Source: Patescibacteria group bacterium (lineage in GTDB: Bacteria; Patescibacteriota; Patescibacteriia; UBA9934). Taken from it: DNA of 64,000 nucleotides. A model generated the notes under the pieces. That model searched no databases. It worked only from the letters and a program-made list of their open reading frames with translations, and was not told the DNA's origin. This document shows positions 51,502-61,980 of this stretch, in pieces (the stretch's first letter is position 1; every line of letters starts with the position of its first letter). Where the stretch lies: positions 102,663 to 166,662 of the forward strand of contig JBBTSM010000003.1 of NCBI GenBank assembly GCA_038064675.1, read 5' to 3'. Made by a program: the position numbers and the translations under genes.

Positions 51502-53289
51502 ATGAAAAAGCGAACAAAAATCATTCTTTCCGTTCTTGGCGTCCTCATTATTGGCGGAATCGCGTACGGCGCGACTCATCAAGGTTCCGGCGTTGTCGTC
51601 ACCACCGAAACTGTAAAACGTGGGGATATTCACCAAACCGTGGAAGTCACTGGCGACACGCAGAGCGTCAAAGATCTCGATCTCGCGTTTAGCACGAGCG
51701 GCATTATCGCCGTCATGAACGTTGCCATCGGGGACACGGTGAACGCCGGCGATACTCTCGCCGTGCTTTCTGAAGCCAAAATCGCCGCAAGCCTTGCACA
51801 GGCTGCTGGCGCCGTGGAACAAGCGCAGGCTGCGCTCGATCTGAAGACTGCAGGATCTGCGGACGAGGAGCTCGCCGTGTACCAGGCTACCGTCACCGCA
51901 GCAGAAGCAAGCCTTGCGAACGCGACCATCGAATCTGAACAAACAAAAACCACTGGCGATACCAATGTCGCAAGCGCAACGGACGATCTTGCTCATATTT
52001 CCTCATCGACCGCCGCAACTCTCTCATACGCACAGCAGGACGAGCTCGAAGCACTGCGCTCGCTTGTTGCTGAAGTACGATCAGCACTGAGCTCGGCCGA
52101 CGCAGTTCTTGGAGTTGAGAACAACCTTGTGAATGTGGATTTCGATCAAGATCTTGGCATCGCCGATCCACAGTCGTTCCCCGATGCAATCGACGCGTTT
52201 GTTGTTGCTGCAAAGAGCCGCGATGCTGCGGAGGACGCGCTCACTATTGCGAGTCTCGAGGACGCGACAACACTTTCTGTTGCGAGCGCCGCTGCACAAA
52301 CTGCGTATACCAACACATATTTCACCCTCATCGCCACCAGCCGTACCCTTGATGCAACAACCGGCGGATCGTCGACGCTCTCGCTCGATGCTCTGGATGC
52401 AATGAAGGTGTCGATTGCTGGCGCAACATCGGCGCTCACTGCAGACGGAAGCGCGCTTACCAATGCAGAGCAGACCCTCGAAACCGCAACGCGATCTGCA
52501 ACGAACGATGTGACCGACGCACAGAATGCGCTTGCAAAAGCGCAGGCGTCGCGTGACCAGAACAATGCAAGTGCCGCGTCTTCCCTTTCACAGCACGTTT
52601 CCGATCTCGCAAAGGCAAAAGCACAGCTTGCGCAAATCGCTGCAACGCCACGCACTGTTGACCTTGCCGGGCTTCGCGCCGCCGTCGCTATTGCCCAAGC
52701 GCAGTACAGCACAGCCCTTGCAGGTGCCGCAGATGCGCAAATCAACGCGCCAATCGATGGTATCGTCACCGCGGTGAACGCAGACGTAGGCGAACAGGCT
52801 TCCGCGGGAACACCGATGATTACGCTTCTTGGAACGTCAGACCAATTTGAAATCGTCATGGACATTCCTGAAGCCGACATCGCAAAGGTCCACGTTGGCC
52901 AACCGAGTATCATCACGTTCGACGCGTTCGGCGACGACCACGCATTCAGCGGATCCGTTCTCAGCGTGAATCCCGCAGAGAAGCTCATCGAAGGCGTCGT
53001 CTTCTACGAAGCAAAAGTCATTCTCGACAATGGCGCCGACGTGAGCGGCGTGAAATCCGGCATGTCTGCAAACGTCACCATCGATACACATGACGTTCTC
53101 GGTGCATTGTTTATTCCAAAACGCGCAATCCTTGAAGACGCAAACGGAAAATACGTTCGTATTCCGAAGGACGACACTGGTGCGTTCGATCGCCGATCAG
53201 TGACAGTTGGCTTGTATGGCGACGATGGTTCTGCAGAAATCTTGAGCGGCCTTTCTGAAGGCGAAACCATTATCGTGACCATCCGATAA
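51502..53289 (+). CDS. HlyD/MacA-family periplasmic adaptor (membrane fusion protein) with a long coiled coil
   Basis: Signal anchor MKKRTKIILSVLGVLIIGG; Ala/Thr/Asp-rich coiled-coil; C-terminal beta-barrel and lipoyl-like segments. Confidence 0.55.
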   Translation: MKKRTKIILSVLGVLIIGGIAYGATHQGSGVVVTTETVKRGDIHQTVEVTGDTQSVKDLDLAFSTSGIIAVMNVAIGDTVNAGDTLAVLSEAKIAASLAQAAGAVEQAQAALDLKTAGSADEELAVYQATVTAAEASLANATIESEQTKTTGDTNVASATDDLAHISSSTAATLSYAQQDELEALRSLVAEVRSALSSADAVLGVENNLVNVDFDQDLGIADPQSFPDAIDAFVVAAKSRDAAEDALTIASLEDATTLSVASAAAQTAYTNTYFTLIATSRTLDATTGGSSTLSLDALDAMKVSIAGATSALTADGSALTNAEQTLETATRSATNDVTDAQNALAKAQASRDQNNASAASSLSQHVSDLAKAKAQLAQIAATPRTVDLAGLRAAVAIAQAQYSTALAGAADAQINAPIDGIVTAVNADVGEQASAGTPMITLLGTSDQFEIVMDIPEADIAKVHVGQPSIITFDAFGDDHAFSGSVLSVNPAEKLIEGVVFYEAKVILDNGADVSGVKSGMSANVTIDTHDVLGALFIPKRAILEDANGKYVRIPKDDTGAFDRRSVTVGLYGDDGSAEILSGLSEGETIIVTIR

Positions 53290-53291
53290 GT

Positions 53292-53963
53292 ATGTCTGCG
53301 ATCATCGAGCTCAAGGATCTTACGAAGACGTACCAGAATGGCGACGTGGAGACGCTCGTGCTTCGTGGACTCAATCTCACCATCGAGTCTGGCGAATTTG
53401 TAGCGCTCATGGGCCCGTCGGGTTCAGGAAAGTCCACGCTCATGCACATCTTGAGTTTTCTTGATCGCCCAACAAGCGGTGCGTACATCTATCGTGATCG
53501 CGACGTTACCGCACTCACCAACGACGAACGCGCAACGTTGCGATTGTCCGACATCGGTTTCGTGTTTCAGGCATTTCATCTTCTACCAAAGCTTACGGTT
53601 CTTGAAAACGTGATGCTCCCCCTTGTATACGCAGGCCTGCCTGCCGCCGACCGAAAACACCAAGCAGCAGAAGCGCTTAATCGTGTTGGGCTGAACGAGC
53701 GTCTCGATTATCTTCCGAATCAACTTTCCGGCGGACAGAAGCAACGCGTCGCCATTGCTCGCGCGCTCATCAACAATCCTTCCGTCATCTTTGCAGACGA
53801 GCCAACAGGAAACCTCGACTCTGTTTCAAGTGAGCAAGTTCTGAACATTCTTGCCGATCTGCATAACGAAGGCCGAACGATTGTGATGGTGACGCACGAA
53901 ACGGAAGCTGCGAGTTTTGCCAAACGCGTCATTCGGATGAAAGACGGTGTCGTCATTGGATAA
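53292..53963 (+). CDS. ABC transporter ATP-binding protein (MacB/LolD type)
   Basis: Walker A GPSGSGKST; signature LSGGQKQRVAIARAL; Walker B IFADEPTGNLD. Confidence 0.75.
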   Translation: MSAIIELKDLTKTYQNGDVETLVLRGLNLTIESGEFVALMGPSGSGKSTLMHILSFLDRPTSGAYIYRDRDVTALTNDERATLRLSDIGFVFQAFHLLPKLTVLENVMLPLVYAGLPAADRKHQAAEALNRVGLNERLDYLPNQLSGGQKQRVAIARALINNPSVIFADEPTGNLDSVSSEQVLNILADLHNEGRTIVMVTHETEAASFAKRVIRMKDGVVIG

Positions 53964-53966
53964 TCT

Positions 53967-55193
53967 ATGCGCCTACCCGATCTCTTCCTCACGTCGTCCG
54001 AATCACTTCGTCGCAATACTTCGCGATCGCTTTTGACGATTCTTGGCATCATCATTGGTATTGCCGCAGTCATCGTGATGCTTTCTATTGGCCAAGGCGC
54101 GCAAGGATACGTGCTCAATCAAGTGGCGAATCTTGGTTCCGACGTGTTGTTTGTAGAAGCAGGGAGCGGTGGCGGTGGCCCGCCTTCGCCATTTACGCAG
54201 CAAACTATTCTTTTAAACGATGCTACGGCACTGGCGAAACACGGACCATTTTCCGTAGTGTCTTCCATCGTCGTCACGAATGCTCCTGTTACCGCGCAAG
54301 AGAACAGCACGTTCACCGATATTGCCGGAAGCGATGAATACCAACTCGACATCTTCCCCGCCGAACTCGCATCGGGACGGTTCATCGATCACGAAGACGT
54401 ATCATCACACGCTCGCGTTGCGGTACTTGGATGGGATATCGCAAAAGATCTTTTTGGCGATCAAGACCCAATCGGCGAACGCGTAACCATTAAAAATCTT
54501 CCTGCACGAGTCATCGGCGTTGTCACCCCACAAGGGAGCAAGTTTTTCTCAAATCTCGACACCCGTATCTATATTCCAGTAACAACCGCGCAACGTGAGC
54601 TCCTCAACGTGGATTATGTTTCATACATTTCGATGAAAGCAATCGGCGATGTCGAAATCGCGAAAGACGAAGCGCGAGCGATTCTTCGCGACACCCATGC
54701 CCTCGATAATCCAAATAGCGATCTTGCAAAAGATGACTTCTCCGTGTCTTCACAGAGCGACGCAGTAAATACGATCGCAGGTGTGGGATTCGCGCTCACG
54801 CTTCTTCTTGCGTCAATCGCAGCAATCTCGCTCGTGGTTGGCGGTATCGGTATTATGAATATGATGCTGGTGTCGGTGACCGAACGCACGCGTGAAATCG
54901 GATTGCGAAAAGCCATCGGCGGAACAGAGCGAGACATCCTCGGACAATTCCTCCTTGAGGCCGTCATTCTCACGCTCGGCGGCGGCGTACTCGGCGTTAC
55001 CATCGGCGTCATCGTCTCCTTCCTCGCGTCACTCCTCTTAAAGGCCTTCGTCGACGGCTGGGTATTCGTTATTCCCCCATCCGCAATTGCCGCGTCATTC
55101 ATCGTCGCCACCGTCGTCGGCATCGCCTTCGGCTATTACCCAGCAAAACGCGCCGCGAAGCTCGATCCGATTGAAGCGCTGCGATACGAGTAA
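53967..55193 (+). CDS. ABC transporter permease (FtsX / MacB-like)
   Basis: N-terminal TM segment, a large periplasmic domain, and a C-terminal 3-TM FtsX-like region. Confidence 0.6.
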   Translation: MRLPDLFLTSSESLRRNTSRSLLTILGIIIGIAAVIVMLSIGQGAQGYVLNQVANLGSDVLFVEAGSGGGGPPSPFTQQTILLNDATALAKHGPFSVVSSIVVTNAPVTAQENSTFTDIAGSDEYQLDIFPAELASGRFIDHEDVSSHARVAVLGWDIAKDLFGDQDPIGERVTIKNLPARVIGVVTPQGSKFFSNLDTRIYIPVTTAQRELLNVDYVSYISMKAIGDVEIAKDEARAILRDTHALDNPNSDLAKDDFSVSSQSDAVNTIAGVGFALTLLLASIAAISLVVGGIGIMNMMLVSVTERTREIGLRKAIGGTERDILGQFLLEAVILTLGGGVLGVTIGVIVSFLASLLLKAFVDGWVFVIPPSAIAASFIVATVVGIAFGYYPAKRAAKLDPIEALRYE

Positions 55194-55235
55194 AAACGCC
55201 AAGGTCGGCGTACACTGTTGGCATCGCATTCGCCT

Positions 55236-56360
55236 ATGTTTGCCACCCGCCTTTTCCGATGGTCGTATCAACACATTCTGAAACCGATTGCATTTCGGCT
55301 CGATCCTGAAGATGTTCACGACGCCATGATTCGTGTCGCGAGCTACGCACAGCGATCCACATCGATGAAAAAAATGTTCTACCGTTGTTTCGAATTTTCG
55401 CATCCTACACTTGAACAAACCATTCACGGCATCCACTTTACTAATCCAATTGGCCTCAGTGCTGGGTTCGATAAAAATGCAGAGATTATTAATGCCATTG
55501 CTTCCACGGGATTCGGATTCACTGAAGTGGGATCAATCACCGGTGAACCATGCGCGGGGAATCCAAAGCCACGATTGTGGCGACTCCCAAAATCTCAAGC
55601 GATTATGGTGTGGTACGGACTCAAGAACGACGGCTGCGTCGCGATTGCGCATCGGCTTCGCGGACAACAATTCCCCATTCCCGTCGGAACAAGCGTTGCC
55701 AGAACGAACGACAAAACTACCGTGGAACTTGGTGCGGGAATTGCCGACTACGCCAAAGCATTTCGCGAGCTCGCAGACATCGGATCGTACACCACGATAA
55801 ACATCAGCTGCCCAAATACTTGCGGAGGCGAACCGTTTACGTCTCCAGAACGGCTCGAACTCCTCCTCAACTCAATCGACACCATTCCAACCTTGAAGCC
55901 GATCTTTCTCAAACTTCCCGCTGATCTCACCTTCTCAGATGCCGACGCGCTCATCGCTGTCGCTCGAAACCATCGTGTCCATGGATTCATCGTCTCAAAC
56001 CTCACCAAGCAACGGCAATCTCCAGATATCGATCACTCGGAGCTCTCGGAAGCAATGCGCGGAGGCATCAGTGGAAAACCCACATTCGATCGCTCAAACG
56101 CGCTCATTGCACACATCTTCCAAGCCGCCGGAGATCGATTCACGATTATTGGGGTTGGGGGCGTCTTCTCTGCTGCAGATGCGTATGAAAAAATCCGTTG
56201 CGGCGCAAGCCTCGTCCAGCTCATTACTGGCCTTATCTTTGAAGGTCCTCAGCTCGTCGGTGAAATCAACCGAGGCCTTGTAATGCTTCTGAAAAATGAC
56301 GGGTTCGCGAACATCCATGAAGCCGTAGGTTCTCGCCTAAATAAACGATCTTTTCGCTAA
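55236..56360 (+). CDS. pyrD: dihydroorotate dehydrogenase (quinone), class 2
   Basis: N-terminal membrane-association helix; GFGFTEVGSITGEP; GGVFSAADAYEKIRCGASLVQ. Confidence 0.75.
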   Translation: MFATRLFRWSYQHILKPIAFRLDPEDVHDAMIRVASYAQRSTSMKKMFYRCFEFSHPTLEQTIHGIHFTNPIGLSAGFDKNAEIINAIASTGFGFTEVGSITGEPCAGNPKPRLWRLPKSQAIMVWYGLKNDGCVAIAHRLRGQQFPIPVGTSVARTNDKTTVELGAGIADYAKAFRELADIGSYTTINISCPNTCGGEPFTSPERLELLLNSIDTIPTLKPIFLKLPADLTFSDADALIAVARNHRVHGFIVSNLTKQRQSPDIDHSELSEAMRGGISGKPTFDRSNALIAHIFQAAGDRFTIIGVGGVFSAADAYEKIRCGASLVQLITGLIFEGPQLVGEINRGLVMLLKNDGFANIHEAVGSRLNKRSFR

Positions 56361-56425
56361 GATTGGTGAAGAATTGACAGTAATCCTGTATTCCCGTACA
56401 CTTTCGCTAACATTTTTATTGCCGT

Positions 56426-56581
56426 ATGTCCCAAGACAACCTGATCAAATTGGAGTGCACAGTCTGTAAATCCTTGAACTACCGTTCTTCAAAGAACAAG
56501 AAGATTCTCAAGGATCGCCTGGAACTGAAAAAGTTCTGCGAAAAGTGCCGAAAGCACCAGATGCACAAAGAAACGAAGTAG
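56426..56581 (+). CDS. rpmG: 50S ribosomal protein L33
   Basis: [51 protein letters not shown]; under 60 aa, so absent from the track. Confidence 0.75.
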   Translation: MSQDNLIKLECTVCKSLNYRSSKNKKILKDRLELKKFCEKCRKHQMHKETK

Positions 56582-56608
56582 CCCCAGCTACTTCGTTCTT
56601 TTTTTGCG
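56568..56608 (+). terminator. terminator GAACGAAGTAGC-CCCA-GCTACTTCGTTC plus T7
   Basis: Overlaps the rpmG stop codon. Confidence 0.55.
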
Positions 56609-56671
56609 ACTTTCCAACAATTATGGAACAATCCCTCCGCTGATCGTCCATTCGATCGAGCAAGGATTTTC

Positions 56672-57181
56672 TTGAACATCATCGCCTTCAATCAGAATGC
56701 TCAGCGTGGAGCCGAGGCCACTCTCACCGTCGTCCTTCGCCTCCTCGTGGAGGCCGGAATCACCAACCGCACCGGTGGATTCCTGTGTGTTGGACGCACG
56801 GGAGACAGCGGGTTCTCCTATCCACTCCACCGGAAAATCGGCGAAGTGCCGAACGAGGAAAAATCGTCCCGCTGCGAACAGCTCTCGAAAGAGAAGGTCG
56901 ATCGACTCCGCCGCAGCCGCTCCGATGTCCTCAGTTGGCAGTCACGGTGCGACGAGCGAGGGGAATTCCAGGGCGGCGTTCGATCGGAGTCCGATGGCGG
57001 CGACTACTGGTACGCGGGCTTCTCCGGGCTGCCCGCCGAGGCCGACGAGTGTTTCTGCCTCATCTTCCTCATCCGCATGCGGATGCTCACCTTCGAGGCC
57101 GCTGTGGAGCGGGCGAAGATCAGCAACAACACCACGTTCTTCCGCGCCACGGTCGCGGACCTCCTCCCCCTCACGGCCTGA
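56672..57181 (+). CDS. hypothetical protein in a GC-rich islet
   Basis: Strong GC3 bias selects this frame over three overlapping Arg/Ser/Pro-rich alternatives. Confidence 0.4.
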   Translation: MNIIAFNQNAQRGAEATLTVVLRLLVEAGITNRTGGFLCVGRTGDSGFSYPLHRKIGEVPNEEKSSRCEQLSKEKVDRLRRSRSDVLSWQSRCDERGEFQGGVRSESDGGDYWYAGFSGLPAEADECFCLIFLIRMRMLTFEAAVERAKISNNTTFFRATVADLLPLTA

Positions 57182-57396
57182 ACAGCCGCACACTCACGCA
57201 ACGCCCCGCAGAGAACGAAGCGCCCTGCTCGTTCATCGAGTGGGGCGTTTCCGATTTCAAAAATTCCGCCCTGCAAACGTAAACAATCTTTACAAAAGCC
57301 AAGAAATTGGCTAAGGTTCGCAATGCTAAACGGCAATCCTGCCCAAGGCACCAATCTCCAAATAATCGTTCATGAACGAACGATTGGGAGTGCGAC

Positions 57397-58362
57397 ATGT
57401 GTAAGAAAGTAAAAGACGAAGAGGAAGAAGTAGACATCAACGCCCTCCTCGATTCGTTCATGGAAGATCCGGAGATCACCATCGCGATGCTCAACGAAGA
57501 GCAGGCTGTCCTTCTCCTGGAAGCCATCCTGTCGGACGTCCCCGAGGACACCGATTGGATGCATCTCCTGCGGATGGCCAACGGACTCGGCCGCGCGGAG
57601 AGCGTCGAGCGGTTCCGTAGCATCATCCACGCAGCAAACAACGAACTGCGTCGAAGCGAACTGCTGCGGGCATTCGTGGACTACACCATCAACGATGAAG
57701 GCGTTCAACTCCTCCGGTTCGAGGACGCCATCGCCGCAGGAGTGTTCGACGAACTGATCGTCCACCTCGACCGCAAGACCATCAAGAGCCTCACGAGGGG
57801 AACGCTCGCGCAACCTGTCGTGACCGCGTACTCCGCTGGCCGCATCCAGCGGTTCATCGAAGGCCGTGATCCGAAGCGTGCGTTCGACGAGCTCGTCTAC
57901 TCCGCGACCGCCATCGACGGCTGGCGTCCGCCGTTGTTCGAAAAGTGGGTGCAACGCGTGTGGCAAGCTCACCGCGACAAGGGCCTCGTGCTCGAGCTCA
58001 CGACCGATCCGATGGACTGGCGGAACAACGTGGAGCGCAAAATCACGCGGTTCGGTCGGGTTCGAACCAAGTCAAGGATCAAACACCCTGAAATCCGCTC
58101 CGAAGAAGAATTCGTTCCTCTCTACGAGCTGTGGGATCACTACAGGCGCCCGGCGACTGCCGAAGAACGGAAACTCGACTGGGGAATCGAGAAGACCCTG
58201 TACACGCTTCAGCAGCCGCGGATGTGCACCGCGCCCCCGATGGTCGACCCACCCGGCAACATGATCCGTGACATGGCGTGGCACTGGCACAACGAATCCA
58301 AGGAGCGCAAGCTCCGCGAGTTCTGCAGCCAGCACGGCATCCCGTACACCGATCCGGTCTAG
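57397..58362 (+). CDS. hypothetical protein in a GC-rich islet
   Basis: GGGAGTG Shine-Dalgarno 7 nt upstream; acidic N-terminus. Confidence 0.45.
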   Translation: MCKKVKDEEEEVDINALLDSFMEDPEITIAMLNEEQAVLLLEAILSDVPEDTDWMHLLRMANGLGRAESVERFRSIIHAANNELRRSELLRAFVDYTINDEGVQLLRFEDAIAAGVFDELIVHLDRKTIKSLTRGTLAQPVVTAYSAGRIQRFIEGRDPKRAFDELVYSATAIDGWRPPLFEKWVQRVWQAHRDKGLVLELTTDPMDWRNNVERKITRFGRVRTKSRIKHPEIRSEEEFVPLYELWDHYRRPATAEERKLDWGIEKTLYTLQQPRMCTAPPMVDPPGNMIRDMAWHWHNESKERKLREFCSQHGIPYTDPV

Positions 58363-58381
58363 GATCGGCACGACGAACGAA

Positions 58382-58413
58382 GCGCCCCGGAACTCTTGCG
58401 AGATCCGGGGCGC
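58382..58413 (+). terminator. hairpin GCGCCCCGGA...TCCGGGGCGC
   Basis: 10-bp stem, but the following U-run is weak. Confidence 0.3.
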
Positions 58414-58455
58414 GACGCGTTTATAAGGATTCGAGACGGCCCAGCGGGCGCGTCT

Positions 58456-59229
58456 CTACGGAATCAGTTTTTCTTCAAACTCCGTGATCTTTTGGTTATC
58501 GGGATTCACTTCGCGTAAGTGGTCGAGGGACTTCTTTGCCTCAGCGACCTCGCCGATCTCGAAGGCGGCGGTGATGAAGAAGTCGAGGTATTTCGGGTTG
58601 TTCGGGCTGATCGTCTTTGCCTTCTCGTAAAATCCGTATGCAGTTTTCATGTCGCCTTCGGCATCGAATACTTCACCGAGGGCCGCGAGAACGCTGGCGT
58701 CTTTCGGCGCAAGCTTTACGAGGAACTCGAGGGCCTCCTTCGCTTCCGCGTGCTGACCTTGCGACAAGTACATGCGGCCAAGCGTTTCGTATGCCTGAAC
58801 ATTCTTTGGGTCGTGGGAGAGTACTTCCACCAGCTCCTGTTCAGCAGCTTCGTACTTTCCGAGTGAGATAGACTTCTTCGCTTCGCCGGTCATGCGCTGC
58901 AACTCTGCAGTATCAATCTTTCCTGCTCGCTGACGCTCCACATATCGTCGTTCAAGCGCAGTGAGTTTTCCCGCAAGGCGTTGGAAACCCTCTTGAATCT
59001 TTTTCGCCACTGGAAGTATCGATGCCTTCCAAAAGTTCTTTCCCTTCTCTTCCACCTGTCGCATCATGCGCTCTTCAAGTAACGCATTCTTCTTCTCTCG
59101 CGTTCGTGCTTCTTTCGACGACATCGGATCAACAATAGAAAGTTGCGGAGCCTTCTGCTTCGCGATGACGACGATCGTGCCAAGCGAACCGAGAAACATC
59201 ACCCAGAGCAACCCATCAATAATCGTCAT
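58456..59229 (-). CDS. membrane-anchored TPR-repeat protein
   Basis: N-terminal TM segment and TPR-like repeats (AYETLGRMYLSQGQHAEA...). Confidence 0.5.
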   Translation of the reverse strand: MTIIDGLLWVMFLGSLGTIVVIAKQKAPQLSIVDPMSSKEARTREKKNALLEERMMRQVEEKGKNFWKASILPVAKKIQEGFQRLAGKLTALERRYVERQRAGKIDTAELQRMTGEAKKSISLGKYEAAEQELVEVLSHDPKNVQAYETLGRMYLSQGQHAEAKEALEFLVKLAPKDASVLAALGEVFDAEGDMKTAYGFYEKAKTISPNNPKYLDFFITAAFEIGEVAEAKKSLDHLREVNPDNQKITEFEEKLIP

Positions 59230-59993
59230 ACGTTTTGCGCAATCATCACTTCCCTGCCTGCGCCGATAATTGCCTCAAACTCGTGAATCTTCACACTCGC
59301 ACCGCCAACCAACACGCCGTCGATTCCTGGCTCACGCAAGAAGCTGTACGCATTCGCACCGTCCACCGATCCACCATAGAGCACCTGCGCGGTTGCGCCG
59401 ATATTGATCTTCTTCAATGATTCACGAATCACATTATGCATTGCAATGGCGTCAGCTGGAGTTGCGCTCACCCCAGTACCAATCGCCCAAATCGGCTCAT
59501 ATGCCACAATCAATCGGGACGTTTTCGTCATCGTCACGCCACGAAGCGCAGCGCCGAGTTGTTGTGCAACGAACTCTTCCGCCTTTCCTGCAGTGCGAGT
59601 CTCTTTCGATTCACCAACACACAAAACCGGAACGAGCGATGTTTGAGCAATCAATTTCATCTTGGCATTCACCACGGCATCCGATTCTCCGTTCATTGCT
59701 CTACGCTCGGAATGACCGATAATCACGAATCCGCAACCAGCATCATCGAGTTGCGCGGCAGAGACGTCGCCGGTGAATGCGCCAAAGCGCTCAGTTCCCA
59801 TCGTCTGTGCCCCGAGAGCAACACGAGTACGAACAAGAACCTTGCGAACTTCCGATAACGCCGTGAACGAAGGGCAAATCACAATTTCTGGCAGAACCTC
59901 ATGTCCCATTACCGATCGCAACACTCCACGCGCGTGCGCGATGGACTCTCGAATACCGAGATGCATTTTCCAATTGCCGATAATGGTTTTCAT
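59226..59993 (-). CDS. tpiA: triosephosphate isomerase
   Basis: IIGNWKMH; AYEPIWAIGTG; YGGSV. Confidence 0.8.
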   Translation of the reverse strand: MKTIIGNWKMHLGIRESIAHARGVLRSVMGHEVLPEIVICPSFTALSEVRKVLVRTRVALGAQTMGTERFGAFTGDVSAAQLDDAGCGFVIIGHSERRAMNGESDAVVNAKMKLIAQTSLVPVLCVGESKETRTAGKAEEFVAQQLGAALRGVTMTKTSRLIVAYEPIWAIGTGVSATPADAIAMHNVIRESLKKINIGATAQVLYGGSVDGANAYSFLREPGIDGVLVGGASVKIHEFEAIIGAGREVMIAQNV

Positions 59994-60045
59994 ATTTTTT
60001 CATTCAGTCATCCCCGCGTAGGCGGGGATGACCAGAGCAAACGGG

Positions 60046-61332
60046 TCACGAAGGCAATAGTAACTTCAATTCATCTTCACTCTTGAACGGGCCAATCGCC
60101 GCAAGCGACATGCGATCGAATCGCAAATACTGCCGCGCAACACGAGCGATGTCTTCAAGCGTGACGGCATCGAACTTCTTCAAACGCTCAGCCGGTTCCT
60201 CGATCGTGCCCAAGAACAACGCCTGTCGGCCGTAAAACTCTGCGCGATCTGCAGAATCTTCAAGGCTCAGCGATAAGCCGCCGCGAACATTCTCCTTCAC
60301 CATCGCAAGTTCATCGGCAGCAACTCCATCGACGGCAACCTTACGAAGTTCGTCAGTGATCACTTTCATCGCCTCTTGCAATCGCGTTGCGTCGAGTCCG
60401 GCACGAACCGTAAACATACCAATGTCTTGATATCCCTCAACACCCGTTCGAACCGTGTAACAAAGGCCGCGTCGCTCACGAACTTCCACAAATAATCGCG
60501 AGCTCATTGTTCCACCAAGAATCGCGGAAAGAAGTTTCAAAGGAGCCTCATCAACGTGACCACGGCCAACCGTTGGGAATCCGAGAGAAAGTTGAATCTG
60601 TTCAAGATCCTTGTGCTGATATCGAATGCGGCCAATGTTTGTCTGGTTTCCGACGACGCCGAAGGTTGACCGTGCCGACCCTGAAGGAGCAACGGTACCG
60701 AATGTTTCTTCGAGTTGATCAAGAATGTCTGCTGGTAACTTTCCAGACGCAACAATCACCATGTTCTCTGGTCGGTAATGCGATCCGTGGTACGCGATGA
60801 CGTCGTCACGTTTCATCGTCTTTACCGACTCTGCAGTACCGGCGATGTTCTTTCCGAGAATGTGACCATCGAACATCGCTTCCTCAAGAAGATCCTCGAT
60901 GTGCATGATTGGGTTTTCCTCGTACATTTTGATCTCTTCCACGATAACGTTCTTTTCACGCTCCATTTCTTCCGCGTTGAAGACGGAATGGAAAATCATA
61001 TCGTTGAGCAAGTCGATTGCAACCGGAAGCTGCTCTCCAGCAATCTTTACCCAGTATCCCGTGAGATCCTTTCCGGTGTACGCGTTGTATTGCGCGCCGT
61101 AGCGATCGAGTTCTTTCGAGATATCGACGGTTTGTGGTCGGCGCGTGGTTCCTTTGAACATCAAGTGTTCCACAAAATGCGAGCCACCCCACACATTGTC
61201 CGTTTCGTTTCGTGAACCAACCTGAAACGCAACAAGAATCGCCGCAGCGTCTGTACCAGAAAATGGGGCGAGTACAACCTTCGCACCATTGTTGAGATTC
61301 GATTGCGTAAAGGACATAGGCGGCAACATCAA
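60046..61332 (-). CDS. M16-family zinc peptidase (insulinase / pitrilysin-like)
   Basis: Inverted zinc motif HFVEHLMFKGT (HxxEH). Confidence 0.65.
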   Translation of the reverse strand: MMLPPMSFTQSNLNNGAKVVLAPFSGTDAAAILVAFQVGSRNETDNVWGGSHFVEHLMFKGTTRRPQTVDISKELDRYGAQYNAYTGKDLTGYWVKIAGEQLPVAIDLLNDMIFHSVFNAEEMEREKNVIVEEIKMYEENPIMHIEDLLEEAMFDGHILGKNIAGTAESVKTMKRDDVIAYHGSHYRPENMVIVASGKLPADILDQLEETFGTVAPSGSARSTFGVVGNQTNIGRIRYQHKDLEQIQLSLGFPTVGRGHVDEAPLKLLSAILGGTMSSRLFVEVRERRGLCYTVRTGVEGYQDIGMFTVRAGLDATRLQEAMKVITDELRKVAVDGVAADELAMVKENVRGGLSLSLEDSADRAEFYGRQALFLGTIEEPAERLKKFDAVTLEDIARVARQYLRFDRMSLAAIGPFKSEDELKLLLPS

Positions 61333-61872
61333 TTAAATTGTCGTGATTTCTTTTTCTTTCTTGTCTCCCATCTCTTCAATCTTTGCGGTAAATTCTTTCA
61401 CAGTCTTTTCCAGCAGCTCTTCCAAACGACGCTTCTCGTCTTCCCCTCCCTCAACCTTACCCATAGCCTTTCGCGTTTCTTCACGAACGCGGCGGATTTG
61501 CACACGAGCATCTTCAAGTTTTTCTTTTGCAAGCTTCACCATCTTCAAACGAGTCTCTTCCGTCATCATTGGCATGATGAGACGGAGCGTTTTTCCATCA
61601 ACGACAGGATTGATCCCAACATCGCTCTTCACAATTGCGGTTTCGATGAGCTTCACCACACTCGCGTCCCATGGTTCGATGAGAATGGTTTTCGCATCAG
61701 GGGTCGTGATGGTTGCGAGCGCCTTGATCGGCTGCAATGCACCGTACGCCTCAACCTGAACGGGCTCGAGAATTGCCGCAGAAGCACGGCCAGTACGAAT
61801 TGCGCCAAGCTCGTTCACGAGGTGCTCAAGAACTTTAGCAAACTGCGGTTTGGTGTCGTCGATAATGGACAT
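61333..61872 (-). CDS. frr: ribosome recycling factor
   Basis: IRTGRASAAILEPVQVEAYG... The track ORF opens at a GTG at 61890. The Met at 61872 (MSIIDD) aligns with the canonical Frr N-terminus. Confidence 0.8.
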   Translation of the reverse strand: MSIIDDTKPQFAKVLEHLVNELGAIRTGRASAAILEPVQVEAYGALQPIKALATITTPDAKTILIEPWDASVVKLIETAIVKSDVGINPVVDGKTLRLIMPMMTEETRLKMVKLAKEKLEDARVQIRRVREETRKAMGKVEGGEDEKRRLEELLEKTVKEFTAKIEEMGDKKEKEITTI

Positions 61873-61895
61873 AATTGTTTGAATGTTCACTGCCT

Positions 61896-61924
61896 ATTCT
61901 AGACCAATCACCACGCACCGTCAA
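61896..61924 (-). promoter_or_regulatory. sigma70-like promoter TTGACG-17-TAGAAT for frr
   Basis: Read on the minus strand. Confidence 0.4.
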
Positions 61925-61980
61925 CGCGGTACGTGGTGATATTTTGCGAACTTCTGCGAAGTTTCTGTGTGGATTCGCGT

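Noticed and set aside
56697-57641. Alternative ORFs in the GC-rich islet after rpmG (56697..57314, 56785..57282, 56942..57193, 57004..57354, 57171..57641)
   Set aside because: Their translations are Arg/Ser/Pro-rich, typical of wrong frames in GC-rich DNA. GC3 bias supports only 56672..57181 and 57397..58362.
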